A DNA stretch of 64,000 nucleotides from NCBI GenBank assembly GCA_043819555.1, contig JBDREQ010000003.1:1-64000 (forward strand). The letters are read 5' to 3'. The stretch is from Candidatus Zixiibacteriota bacterium. Its GTDB lineage: Bacteria; Zixibacteria; MSB-5A5; GN15; JAAZOE01. Below the pieces are notes generated by a model. That model saw only the letters and a program-made list of their open reading frames with translations. It searched no databases and was not told the DNA's origin. The position numbers and the translations under genes were made by a program. This document shows positions 51,422-60,369 of this stretch, in pieces. How positions within the stretch are numbered: the stretch's first letter is position 1; the number at the start of each line of letters is the position of its first letter.

Positions 51422-51449
51422 TCCAGCTATCCCTACCGAAAAAACATTA

Positions 51450-51478
51450 AGTTTATAAAGATTTTGAACGCCTGTCAA
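51450..51478 (-). promoter_or_regulatory. Sigma70 promoter of purF
   Basis: TTGACA-N17-TAAACT on the minus strand. Confidence 0.65.
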
Positions 51479-51684
51479 GCCTTCTTCGAAATATTCTTAT
51501 GCAATATATATGAAACCCTATTCACATTTGGTACAGTGTTGAAATGTGTTTGTTGAATGAATTATTTTTGGATTATTACTGAGCATCTCTCAAGTATAAA
51601 TATCAAAAGAAGTTACCTCCCCTATTTTTTGTAAAGTATGGACCAGTACCCATACTCATTATTGATATCTGTAATTCCTCAAAT

Positions 51685-51701
51685 AAGGCACAAGGTTTGC
51701 T
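51685..51701 (+). promoter_or_regulatory. Sigma54 (-24/-12) promoter
   Basis: AAGGCACAAGGTTTGCT with GG-N10-GC spacing just upstream of the CDS. Confidence 0.6.
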
Positions 51702-51716
51702 CAAACAGGATTTAGT

Positions 51717-52532
51717 ATGGATAATTCTATGTCCAGAGAAGAGTTGAAATACCAGGCATTGGCCAGTGTCGCCATTGCCGCCACCGAAGGAATGGCGGTT
51801 GATATGGCGGCCAGGCGAGGCCTTGCGGCGGCTATGAGATATATTGAGCTGAACGCAGGAGCTATGCTTCTCTGGGATGAAAATGGCGAGATTACTGTCA
51901 AAGCAGTTGAAGCAAATCTGATAGAAGATAAACAGACCTTGCTTGACGCAGAAGAGAATATTCTCAATACCCTCCGCAAAGACCACAAACTCGGACAGGC
52001 GTACATGGAATTCGGGGGAGAGGCGGAAAAATCTATATTTTCGGTCCCTCTCGAAATTGGAAATACTCAGTTTGGAGCTGTAATCGGAATCAAGTATGGC
52101 AAAGCGCATTTGCATGAGCACAATGACTTCCTAAAAAGCCTGGCGGCGGTGATGGCGCTTGCGGCCGGACCCAGAGGAATCGGAGAAGGCATGCCGATCG
52201 ATGAGGTCACCAAAAAAGTATCCTCAGAAAGAAACGCGGCCCGGGTTGAGCTGGCGGTTGCCGTCAATCATCATATCAACAATCCCCTGACGGCCCTGTT
52301 GGGTAATCTTCAACTTCTGAACCTCAAACATCATGATTTGCCCGAAGATGTGCAGAAAAGACTGGAAGTGATTGAAAGCTCCGCCCGGCAAATCAGCGAA
52401 GTAACCAAGCGGCTGATGTCGGCCAGCCAGGCTGAAACAATCGAATATATCAACGGCCTCAAAATGACGGATTTTTTTGGTGAAGGAAAGGAAAATAATA
52501 ATATCGCTGACGGGGATAATAAGGAAGAATAA
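51717..52532 (+). CDS. GAF-like + HisKA (DHp) protein lacking an HATPase domain
   Basis: H-box AVNHHINNPL..LLGNLQLL; protein ends soon after with no N/G1/F/G2 boxes. Confidence 0.8.
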   Translation: MDNSMSREELKYQALASVAIAATEGMAVDMAARRGLAAAMRYIELNAGAMLLWDENGEITVKAVEANLIEDKQTLLDAEENILNTLRKDHKLGQAYMEFGGEAEKSIFSVPLEIGNTQFGAVIGIKYGKAHLHEHNDFLKSLAAVMALAAGPRGIGEGMPIDEVTKKVSSERNAARVELAVAVNHHINNPLTALLGNLQLLNLKHHDLPEDVQKRLEVIESSARQISEVTKRLMSASQAETIEYINGLKMTDFFGEGKENNNIADGDNKEE

Positions 52533-52571
52533 AGCACTCATCATTCTACCCCTCCTCTCATCCATGTTTGG

Positions 52572-52598
52572 AAAAGCCGGTTCCCCACCGGCTTTTTT
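52572..52598. terminator. Intrinsic terminator
   Basis: AAAAGCCGGT-tcccc-ACCGGCTTTTTT. Confidence 0.75.
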
Positions 52599-52805
52599 AT
52601 AATCTTCCCCGCTGGCATTTAATCGGTATGGTCAATATACCAAAAATAATACTTTCCTGAGTCGGCTGAATTAGGAGGTTGTTGGCTTGAACAGAATATA
52701 ATCCGGTTGTTATCCCACGAGAGTGAAGTCCCGCCACCGTGTACATCGCCGGTATAAGCAATAATTTCCGGCTCGGATAATTCGTTGCCGTTTTTGAATT
52801 TCCAA

Positions 52806-53468
52806 TCATACTTTCCCAGCCATTAGGATTAATTTAAATTTTGACACTAAAGGTTTTCGCTCGGCAAATTCCAATTGTTCGCGCTTGGTCGGCTTCCTGG
52901 ATGATTTTATATAGCTTACTCCTATCGAATCAGGATTGGCTTCCTTAAGGGAGTCTTTGCGCTGCCTCTCGTAATATTCGCGCTCTAATCTTCGTTTGGT
53001 GCTATCTGCCAATCGATCAAATGCTCGTGCTGGAATTTGTTTTACCGGCTTGCCCAAATACATCTCCACCGTATCCCCGGTCGTGACAAACCATAAATCA
53101 GTGGCATTCCAATGGCCTTTAGTACCATCAATAGAAAGATCAATCGCCGACGTGTCATTAGGCGGCAGTGTGATATCGAGGATAAATTCGAGCTCTTCCT
53201 CAATTTTACATTCAAAAGTGAACGGATTTTCGCCATGATATTCCAGTCCATTTATGACATCCACCGTTATAGTCATTGTTTCGTTCATCCAAAAGTGTGT
53301 AAAAGTGAATTTCAGCTGGGCCGGACCAACCGTCAACGGTTTTGTAATCGGTTCCAACTTGAAATCAAGCGGGTAAACATGTTTTGAAGACTGAGAAAAA
53401 CATTGCCCGGCCATCACACCGTAAGCAATGATTGTCACTACTAAAATCTTAATCAATGAACTTCGCAT
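52806..53468 (-). CDS. Exported hypothetical protein, tandem paralog A (possibly truncated)
   Basis: AAGGAGG SD; signal peptide; collinear with 53542-54105. Confidence 0.7.
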   Translation of the reverse strand: MRSSLIKILVVTIIAYGVMAGQCFSQSSKHVYPLDFKLEPITKPLTVGPAQLKFTFTHFWMNETMTITVDVINGLEYHGENPFTFECKIEEELEFILDITLPPNDTSAIDLSIDGTKGHWNATDLWFVTTGDTVEMYLGKPVKQIPARAFDRLADSTKRRLEREYYERQRKDSLKEANPDSIGVSYIKSSRKPTKREQLEFAERKPLVSKFKLILMAGKV

Positions 53469-53541
53469 AACCCCTCCTTGTTTTAACTATAAATATTATA
53501 CAAAAATCTCATGTAATATTCCAAAAGAAAATCTGTTGTCA

Positions 53542-54105
53542 TCATTGTACTCCTATCGAATCAGGATTGGCTTCCTTAAGGTAGTCTTTGCGCTGCCTCT
53601 CGTAATATTCGCGCTCTAATCTTCGTTTGGTACTATCTGGCATACGGTCTCGAAGTGGGATTGTTAATCTTGATGGAGCCACCGGCTTGCCCAGATACAT
53701 CTCCACCGTATCGCCGGTCGTGACAAACCACAAATCAGTTCCATACCATAAAATCCTTTCACCATGAATATTGAGATGAATTGAAGATGTGTCGTTGGGC
53801 GGTAATGTAATATCAAGAATAAATTCGCGCTCTTCCTCTATTTTGCCCTCAAAACTAAACGGATTCTCGCCGTGATATACAAGCCCATTGATAACATCAA
53901 CCATTATTGTCATTGTCTCATTCTCCCAAAAGGGAGTGATTGTGAACTTTAGCTGAGCCGGACCGACCGTTAATGGTTTTGTGATCGGTTCAAGCTTGAA
54001 ATCATGAGAGTAAACGTATTTTGAAGACTGAGAAAAACATTGCCCGGCCAAAGCGCCGCACATGACAACCGCCCATATCAAAATCTTAATGTTTGAGATT
54101 TTCAT
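53542..54105 (-). CDS. Exported hypothetical protein, tandem paralog B (possibly truncated)
   Basis: AAGGAGG SD; signal peptide; shares LEPITKPLTVGPAQLKFT, LPPNDTS and WFVTTGDTVEMYLGKP with A. Confidence 0.7.
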   Translation of the reverse strand: MKISNIKILIWAVVMCGALAGQCFSQSSKYVYSHDFKLEPITKPLTVGPAQLKFTITPFWENETMTIMVDVINGLVYHGENPFSFEGKIEEEREFILDITLPPNDTSSIHLNIHGERILWYGTDLWFVTTGDTVEMYLGKPVAPSRLTIPLRDRMPDSTKRRLEREYYERQRKDYLKEANPDSIGVQ

Positions 54106-54221
54106 CTCCCCTCCTTAGTGATATTCTTTAAGTAGCTAATATAATAACGAATATTGATACTATTCAGTCAAATCGAATTTGAAAATTTCTCAAATTTCCA
54201 ACATTAATGCACGAAAATCGG

Positions 54222-54250
54222 TGGACAAGGATTTTGGTATCGTATAGATT
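54222..54250 (+). promoter_or_regulatory. Sigma70-type promoter, leaderless geometry
   Basis: TGGACA-N17-TAGATT ending 6 nt before ATG 54257. Confidence 0.5.
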
Positions 54251-54256
54251 GTAATC

Positions 54257-54799
54257 ATGGCAACCTTAGATTATAATCAAATGGTTCGGGCGATGACGTC
54301 CTGCGACGCAACTCAGGATGGAAAATTCTATGTCGGCGTGATATCGACCGGGATCTATTGCCTGCCGTCATGTCCGGCGCGGATTCCGCTTCTGAAAAAC
54401 GTTGTTTTCTTTGATAGCCGGGAAGAAGCAATCGCAGCTGGCTTTCGAGGATGCAAACGGTGCAAATCGGAAAGCTATCCAGATGTCCTGCCGGGATGGC
54501 TGCATGCCTTGATTGAATATATGACAGAGCAGAAAAAAGAACGCCTGACTGAACAGACACTTATGAAAATTACCGGTGTCGATATTTCGACCATCAGGCG
54601 GCATTTCAACAATCATCTCAGCATAACACCGTTGGCGTTTCATCGAAAACTCAGGCTCAATCATGCCCGGCACCTGATTGAACACGGAAGCGATTATCTC
54701 TCGGCGGCCTATGAATGCGGATGGGAATCATCGAGTGCGTTTCGAGAGGCATTCGATAATCAGTTTGGATTTCCGCCGGGGAGGATTAATGCTCGCTAA
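54257..54799 (+). CDS. adaA: Ada-type methylphosphotriester methyltransferase / AraC regulator
   Basis: DGKFYVGV.STGIYCLPSC, GFRGCKRC Zn site, AraC-like HTH. Confidence 0.88.
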   Translation: MATLDYNQMVRAMTSCDATQDGKFYVGVISTGIYCLPSCPARIPLLKNVVFFDSREEAIAAGFRGCKRCKSESYPDVLPGWLHALIEYMTEQKKERLTEQTLMKITGVDISTIRRHFNNHLSITPLAFHRKLRLNHARHLIEHGSDYLSAAYECGWESSSAFREAFDNQFGFPPGRINAR

Positions 54800-55322
54800 T
54801 CAAATCGTATATACCGAGTTTCCCAGTCCGATGGGGGATATGATTGCCGGCGCGACGGACAATGGCGTCTGTTTTCTTGAATGGCAAGATCGCGGCGGAG
54901 TCGAACGGATATTCAAAAGAGTTACCAAGCGATACAAATCCGAACCAGTCGCTGATAAAAACAATAATCCGCATTTGGCCAAACTGCAATCAGAACTCGA
55001 ATCGTATTTTGATGGCACGTTAAGAAAATTCAAAGTCAAAATGGATGTGACCGGAACGCCATTTGAAAAATCTGTCTGGGAACAGCTTCTCAATATTCCA
55101 TACGGCCAGACCCGATCATACGCCCAGATTGCTCAAGCTATCGGGAAACCTCAGGCGGTGCGGGCGGTCGGACGCGCCAACGGAGCCAATTATCTGGCGA
55201 TTGTGATTCCGTGCCATCGGGTAATTACATCGGCCGGGACATTGGGAGGATACGGTGGAAAAATCTGGCGCAAAAAACGGTTGCTGAATCTCGAATCCGG
55301 CGCAGAAGATCTTTGGGAATAG
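54789..55322 (+). CDS. ogt: Methylated-DNA--protein-cysteine methyltransferase
   Basis: GTPF, IPYG, RAVG.AN, IPCHRV, GGYGG. Confidence 0.93.
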   Translation: MLANQIVYTEFPSPMGDMIAGATDNGVCFLEWQDRGGVERIFKRVTKRYKSEPVADKNNNPHLAKLQSELESYFDGTLRKFKVKMDVTGTPFEKSVWEQLLNIPYGQTRSYAQIAQAIGKPQAVRAVGRANGANYLAIVIPCHRVITSAGTLGGYGGKIWRKKRLLNLESGAEDLWE

Positions 55323-55384
55323 GTATCGATTCCGTCGGGTTACATTTTCGCAATGCGAATTCAGAACCTGACGCCACAGTAAGA

Positions 55385-55471
55385 AGTTATCCACATAATT
55401 TTTCATAAAATTCCGTGTAATGTTATGTCTACATTATGGTTAAAGCGAATTGGGTTCGTTTTGTCGTTTTT
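55385..55471 (-). repeat. 87-bp non-coding element ending in a DnaA box (copy 2)
   Basis: Minus strand reads AAAAACGACAAAACGAACCCAATTC-N32-GGAATTTTATGAAAAATTATGTGGATAACT; matches 12672-12758. Confidence 0.6.
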
Positions 55472-55776
55472 AAAGTTTCGTTGTTCCAATCTCCTCGATT
55501 TAAAGATTAACCATTGGCGTCTGTTAATTGGGAATAATTCTGAAATAACGATGGTTTTGATGATTAATTGCAAATGCTCCACGCGGGAACCCACCCGAAA
55601 AAATGCTACGCTTATTTTTCGGACGGGCCACCGGTTATAATTGCAATTAGAATTATTCGTGTGAGCATAAAACGAAACCTCCTAATGCCCCCATTAGGTT
55701 TATTCGCGAGTCACGCGCATGGCTGGAGCCCTTCAGGCTCCATCCTTATAAGGCTGTGGGCCACCCGACAGTTGTC

Positions 55777-56340
55777 TTACACAAGATTTTTGGCAAGCGA
55801 TTTAATATCATGGGATATCATAAAATCAGTCTCTGCTGATTGAGCAAACATTATATAAGCTATATCAAGTTCTTTACCATAAATGCTCGAGATATTTTTT
55901 CCAAATTCCCAAAATAAGGTGCCCTTTGGACTGTCATCATCTTTATTAATCAATTCCGCGTATCCAGAGTATTCAGCAACCGCATTATTATAATTTTCCA
56001 GGCATTCATCTACAATTTTAGATTTTGTTTGTTCAGGCCAATCTTTGCATATCGTATTTACGGTTAAAAGTATTGCTTTATAAATGATTCCATCCATGAT
56101 TTCAAACCTTTTAGAAGTATCCTTTATATATACCGATAAAAACCTGTCTAAAAGATGCACATTTATAAATATATATTCAAAAATAATGCGGAACCATATT
56201 TCATCTCCAATCCTTGGAGCATCATCTTTTGTTTTATTTTCGATTTGGAAAATGCTATTAGTAGTATTAACCGCAAATTCTACCAATTCAAAAATAAATT
56301 TTTTAATTAGCTTATCCTTCTTTATCCTAAATAAAACCAT
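55777..56340 (-). CDS. AT-rich hypothetical protein
   Basis: 187-aa ORF; no recognised motif; start uncertain. Confidence 0.55.
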   Translation of the reverse strand: MVLFRIKKDKLIKKFIFELVEFAVNTTNSIFQIENKTKDDAPRIGDEIWFRIIFEYIFINVHLLDRFLSVYIKDTSKRFEIMDGIIYKAILLTVNTICKDWPEQTKSKIVDECLENYNNAVAEYSGYAELINKDDDSPKGTLFWEFGKNISSIYGKELDIAYIMFAQSAETDFMISHDIKSLAKNLV

Positions 56341-56404
56341 TATACAGCCAAAATTCTCTAAAGTCTAGGAACGTACATCTCTTCATAAATATCGATTTCA
56401 GATC

Positions 56405-56641
56405 CTAATCTTTCATGTTTGGATTAAATCTTCCGTCGGTATCTATGAATTTATAAAAATAATCTTTTTCAGCTTTATTAGTTTTTTCCTTAATTCTATG
56501 GGCTTGATGCAGAGCCTCATAATCTTTAGGTTCAAGTAGCTCGCCTGGTTTCAAGGGCTCTTTTCGAATAAATTTCATATATTCTTGGGAAGCTCTTTCA
56601 GCTTCTGCAATAAGTATTAAATGGTGTTCATGATTATACAT
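56405..56641 (-). CDS. Small hypothetical protein
   Basis: 78-aa ORF with a GGGAGGG SD. Confidence 0.55.
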   Translation of the reverse strand: MYNHEHHLILIAEAERASQEYMKFIRKEPLKPGELLEPKDYEALHQAHRIKEKTNKAEKDYFYKFIDTDGRFNPNMKD

Positions 56642-56704
56642 TTTCCCTCCCTTATTTCAGTTCTCAATTGTGAAATCTAATAATATGTTTCATGTTTCCC
56701 CCCC

Positions 56705-58240
56705 TCACAACCACAAACTCCGATCTAACGAACGGTAGCCGATGGCTTCGGCGATGTGGGGTGTATCAATATTCTCGGTGTCTTCGAGATCGGCGATCGT
56801 GCGAGCAACTTTTAAGATGCGATCATAGGCGCGGGCGGAAAGGCCCTGTTTGGTGATGGCCAGATTGAGAAGCGATTTGCCTTTTTCATCAATTGTGCAA
56901 ATTTCGCGTATTTTCTGCGATTCAAGATGCGCGTTGCAATATACACCGTTCATGTCTTTATATCGTTCAAGCTGTTTCTGGCGGGCGTTGTTTACCCGTT
57001 TTCGGATTATTTTGGATTTTTCACCGCATGCATCGGATGACAAATCTTTGAAATTAACGGCCGGGATTTCGATATGAATATCAATACGATCCATCAACGG
57101 CCCGGAAAGCTTGGACATATACTTTTGAATTAACATCGGACTGCAGGTGCAATCGTGATTACTGTCGCCGTGGTATCCGCATGGACAGGGATTCATTGCC
57201 GCCGCCAGCATGAAATTGGCCGGATACGAAAGCGACATAGCCGCGCGCGCAATCGTCACACGGCCGTCTTCGAGAGGCTGGCGCATAACTTCAAGCACCT
57301 CCCGGCGAAACTCGGCGATTTCATCGAGGAATAAGACGCCGTGATGAGCCAGCGATACTTCGCCCGGCTTTGGGAAAGTTCCTCCGCCTATCAACCCGGC
57401 GTTTGAAATCGTGTGATGCGGATCGCGGAAGGGGCGAGTTGCCACGAGGGGAGTATCTTTGGGAAGTCTTCCGGCGACAGAATGAATCTTGGTCGTTTCC
57501 AGCGCTTCATCAAGAGTCATATTCGGGAGAATAGTCGGCATGCGGCGGGCCAGCATGGTTTTGCCGGAACCGGGGGGACCGACCATAATGATATTGTGCC
57601 CTCCGGCGGCGGCGACTTCGAGCGACCGCTTGGCGGTTTCCTGGCCGCGCACATCGGAGAAATCGACATCGTATACTCGGGAATCTTCAAAGACCGAATT
57701 GATATCAATCTCGTACGGCTTAATATCGAGAGAACCTTCGAGGAATCCGATAGTATCGGTCAGTGATTTGACCGGATAAATTTTGACCCCCTGAGCCATT
57801 GCCGCTTCTTTGGCGTTTTGGACGGGGACGATCATTTTGCCGCTTCCGTTTTTTGAGGCATGGATAGCCATCGGTAGCATACCATGCACTGGGCGGATTT
57901 GTCCGTCGAGAGCCAGTTCGCCGACAACAACAAAATCGTCATAGTTGTCGCGGAGGATTTGGCCGGTAGCTCCGAGGATGCCGACGGCGATGGGAAGGTC
58001 GAAGCCGGAACCTTCTTTTTTTATATCAGCCGGGGCGAGGTTGATCGTTATTTTTTTGGCCGGAAAGACAAAATCGGAATTTTTGATAGCCGATTGAACG
58101 CGCTCTTTTGATTCCTTGACGGCGGCATCGGGCAGCCCGACGGTCGCGAATGAGGGCAGCATTTGCTGGACATCGGCTTCAACTTCGACAGTATAGGCGT
58201 CGATTCCGGCGGTAGCCGCTGAAATTATTTTGGCAAGCAC
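56705..58240 (-). CDS. comM: YifB/ComM Mg-chelatase-like AAA+ ATPase
   Basis: VGLPD.AVKES, NLAPAD.KK.G..FDL, GPPGSGKT, PGEVSLAH.GVLFLDE, NPCPCG, SARAYDR. Confidence 0.93.
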   Translation of the reverse strand: MLAKIISAATAGIDAYTVEVEADVQQMLPSFATVGLPDAAVKESKERVQSAIKNSDFVFPAKKITINLAPADIKKEGSGFDLPIAVGILGATGQILRDNYDDFVVVGELALDGQIRPVHGMLPMAIHASKNGSGKMIVPVQNAKEAAMAQGVKIYPVKSLTDTIGFLEGSLDIKPYEIDINSVFEDSRVYDVDFSDVRGQETAKRSLEVAAAGGHNIIMVGPPGSGKTMLARRMPTILPNMTLDEALETTKIHSVAGRLPKDTPLVATRPFRDPHHTISNAGLIGGGTFPKPGEVSLAHHGVLFLDEIAEFRREVLEVMRQPLEDGRVTIARAAMSLSYPANFMLAAAMNPCPCGYHGDSNHDCTCSPMLIQKYMSKLSGPLMDRIDIHIEIPAVNFKDLSSDACGEKSKIIRKRVNNARQKQLERYKDMNGVYCNAHLESQKIREICTIDEKGKSLLNLAITKQGLSARAYDRILKVARTIADLEDTENIDTPHIAEAIGYRSLDRSLWL

Positions 58241-58387
58241 AAATAATCTTTTAGTTATAGGGTTTATCAATTATAATATGTCAATTACGGTTTGCCAATT
58301 AAATTTTAGTCTTCTTCTTTTAAATGTGATATCAGGAAATTGAAAGGTTTTTTAATTTTGGCTTGGAGAAATAACAGTAAATTAGAC

Positions 58388-58416
58388 TTGCCAATCGCTG
58401 CCTCGGGGGATATTAT
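58388..58416 (+). promoter_or_regulatory. Sigma70-type promoter
   Basis: TTGCCA-N17-TATTAT. Confidence 0.55.
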
Positions 58417-58465
58417 AATACTGAATTTGACGGCACTTTTTGGATAACCTTTTGTATAATAGGCT

Positions 58466-59716
58466 ATGATGAATAAAGATAACAGGCATATAGGGATAAC
58501 GGTTTCGTTTTTGGCGGCTCTCTCATTGACGATATTCGGCGCGGTCGGATGCGAGGATCCTGGTCCGGCCGGAACACGAATAATCTATGACAGAGTGGAA
58601 GTTCTCAGTTCCAATACCGCTCCGCCGATGAATGATCCCCAGAGTGATATCTGGGATGAAGCGGCGCGGTGTTTTATTAAATACGGTGAAGTCAACGCCG
58701 ATTATGTTTCTGAGCAAGCGTTAGATTGGGTAGAGATTCGAGCAATTAAGGCCGCCGGCCGGCTTTACCTGATGGCGGAATGGAGCGATGACAGTTACAG
58801 CGCTTATCCGGAGTTTATTGAGCATCATCGTGATAGTCTATATGTTCCTATCAGTGATACGTCGGTCGTTATTGTACTTGATACTTTTACGGTCACGGAT
58901 ACGATTGATGATGTTATAACAATTGATACCTTTTTGCTCACTTACCTTGATACTTCCTGGGTTCAACAGTCGAGATTTATTAGGCAATACACTGGTACTA
59001 ATCCCGATGACAGCGGCGTCTATCAGGATTCGATAATTTCCAATGCCGGGCGCGATCAGGATCGGATTGCCATTATATGGGATATGGGGAGTAACGGAAC
59101 CGAAAAGGCCGATTGCGCGATTATGTGTCATGATGCCGGTGATACATCCATTTTGGGTCACCGGATGTTTACTAATAACGCCGGGTTTGTCGATGTCTGG
59201 CATTGGCAGTCGGCCAAAACCGATCCGGCCTTTTTGGCCAGTGATGAATATTGGAGCGACCAAGGCCGTGTATCCGATGGAATTCTCAGTCCGATATTCG
59301 AATCCAATTTTGATACGATACTTGAACAGCCAATTTATATGCATCCCGATGATGCTACTCATCCGACAGAAACATTTGTTCATGACCGGTTTATTCATAA
59401 GGATGAAGCTGTGCCCTTCTTATCGGTGGCTGATGGCATACCGTGGCAGGATGGTTATAAGATCCCGGGATTTATTGTCGATGATAACGCTTCCGGTTCG
59501 GTGGCCGACGTTTCGAGTTTTTCACGGTTTACGATGACTTTAGGGACGGAGCACTGGACGGTGATAATGAGCCGGGAATTGACGACCGGTAATGATGATG
59601 ATATTGAATTTGGGGCGATTCAACCCGGTGATTCGGTTCAGGTGTCGATTGCCGTGATGGACAATGCCGACCGGTTGCATGCCGGTTCGAAACCATTTTA
59701 TATAGTTTTTCCGTAA
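58466..59716 (+). CDS. Lipoprotein, ethylbenzene-dehydrogenase-related (DOMON-like) putative heme protein
   Basis: Lipobox GAVGC; LY..AEWSD, QDR.AI.W, CAIMCH, VDVWHW, WTV.MSR.L.TG..DD. Confidence 0.75.
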   Translation: MMNKDNRHIGITVSFLAALSLTIFGAVGCEDPGPAGTRIIYDRVEVLSSNTAPPMNDPQSDIWDEAARCFIKYGEVNADYVSEQALDWVEIRAIKAAGRLYLMAEWSDDSYSAYPEFIEHHRDSLYVPISDTSVVIVLDTFTVTDTIDDVITIDTFLLTYLDTSWVQQSRFIRQYTGTNPDDSGVYQDSIISNAGRDQDRIAIIWDMGSNGTEKADCAIMCHDAGDTSILGHRMFTNNAGFVDVWHWQSAKTDPAFLASDEYWSDQGRVSDGILSPIFESNFDTILEQPIYMHPDDATHPTETFVHDRFIHKDEAVPFLSVADGIPWQDGYKIPGFIVDDNASGSVADVSSFSRFTMTLGTEHWTVIMSRELTTGNDDDIEFGAIQPGDSVQVSIAVMDNADRLHAGSKPFYIVFP

Positions 59717-59734
59717 ATAAAAATATTAGATATT

Positions 59735-59767
59735 AAAGGGCGCGCCAAAAAAACGCGCCTTTTTTTT
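59735..59767 (+). terminator. Intrinsic terminator
   Basis: GGCGCG...CGCGCC followed by a long T-run. Confidence 0.7.
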
Positions 59768-59789
59768 GGAAATTTATGGAGAATAATAA

Positions 59790-60242
59790 TTGAGTCGTGC
59801 TCCCTTTCAGGTTTTGGTATTTCCATATCGGTTATTGCCCAATGGTGAGATTTATTACGCTCTCTTCAGGCGAGAAGAATCGACGGGAGGTTACTGGCAG
59901 GGTATTGCCGGGGGTGGTGAAAGCGGCGAAAGTCACCTTCAGGCCGCAATGCGAGAAGCGAAAGAAGAGGCCGGGATTGATCCCGAGAATGAATTCGTGA
60001 AGCTCGAAAGCCGGGCAATGATCCCTGCCAAAGATATTTGCGGTTTAATCTGGGGGGATAATGTTACCGAAATTCCCGAATTCTGTTTTGGACTAGGGAT
60101 CGATAAAGAAAAGTTAGTTCTATCAGATGAGCATTCTGAATACTGCTGGGTTGATTATACTCAAGGCATGAGATTACTACATTGGGAAAGCAATAAGAAG
60201 GCGCTTGAAGAACTATACAATATACTTCGTACGACTCTTTGA
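59790..60242 (+). CDS. NUDIX hydrolase (NudB-like)
   Basis: WQGIAGGGESGE...AAMREAKEEAG Nudix box; LSDEHSEYCW. Confidence 0.9.
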   Translation: MSRAPFQVLVFPYRLLPNGEIYYALFRREESTGGYWQGIAGGGESGESHLQAAMREAKEEAGIDPENEFVKLESRAMIPAKDICGLIWGDNVTEIPEFCFGLGIDKEKLVLSDEHSEYCWVDYTQGMRLLHWESNKKALEELYNILRTTL

Positions 60243-60302
60243 TTTTCAGACCTATTTCAATATCCCTCAATATGGATGAAACGGTCGGATAAAAGCTGCC
60301 GC

Positions 60303-60331
60303 TTGCGCATAAGTTTTTCGGTGCGTATATT
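60303..60331 (+). promoter_or_regulatory. Sigma70-type promoter
   Basis: TTGCGC-N17-TATATT. Confidence 0.45.
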
Positions 60332-60369
60332 ATTAATGATTAAAATCGAATGACAAATTTGGAGGCAAA

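Noticed and set aside
52806..54105. Diversity-generating retroelement TR/VR pair
   Set aside because: No reverse transcriptase in the window, and the differences are not adenine-specific
56705..58240. Element integrated into comM
   Set aside because: The comM frame is intact, with no integrase or att duplication
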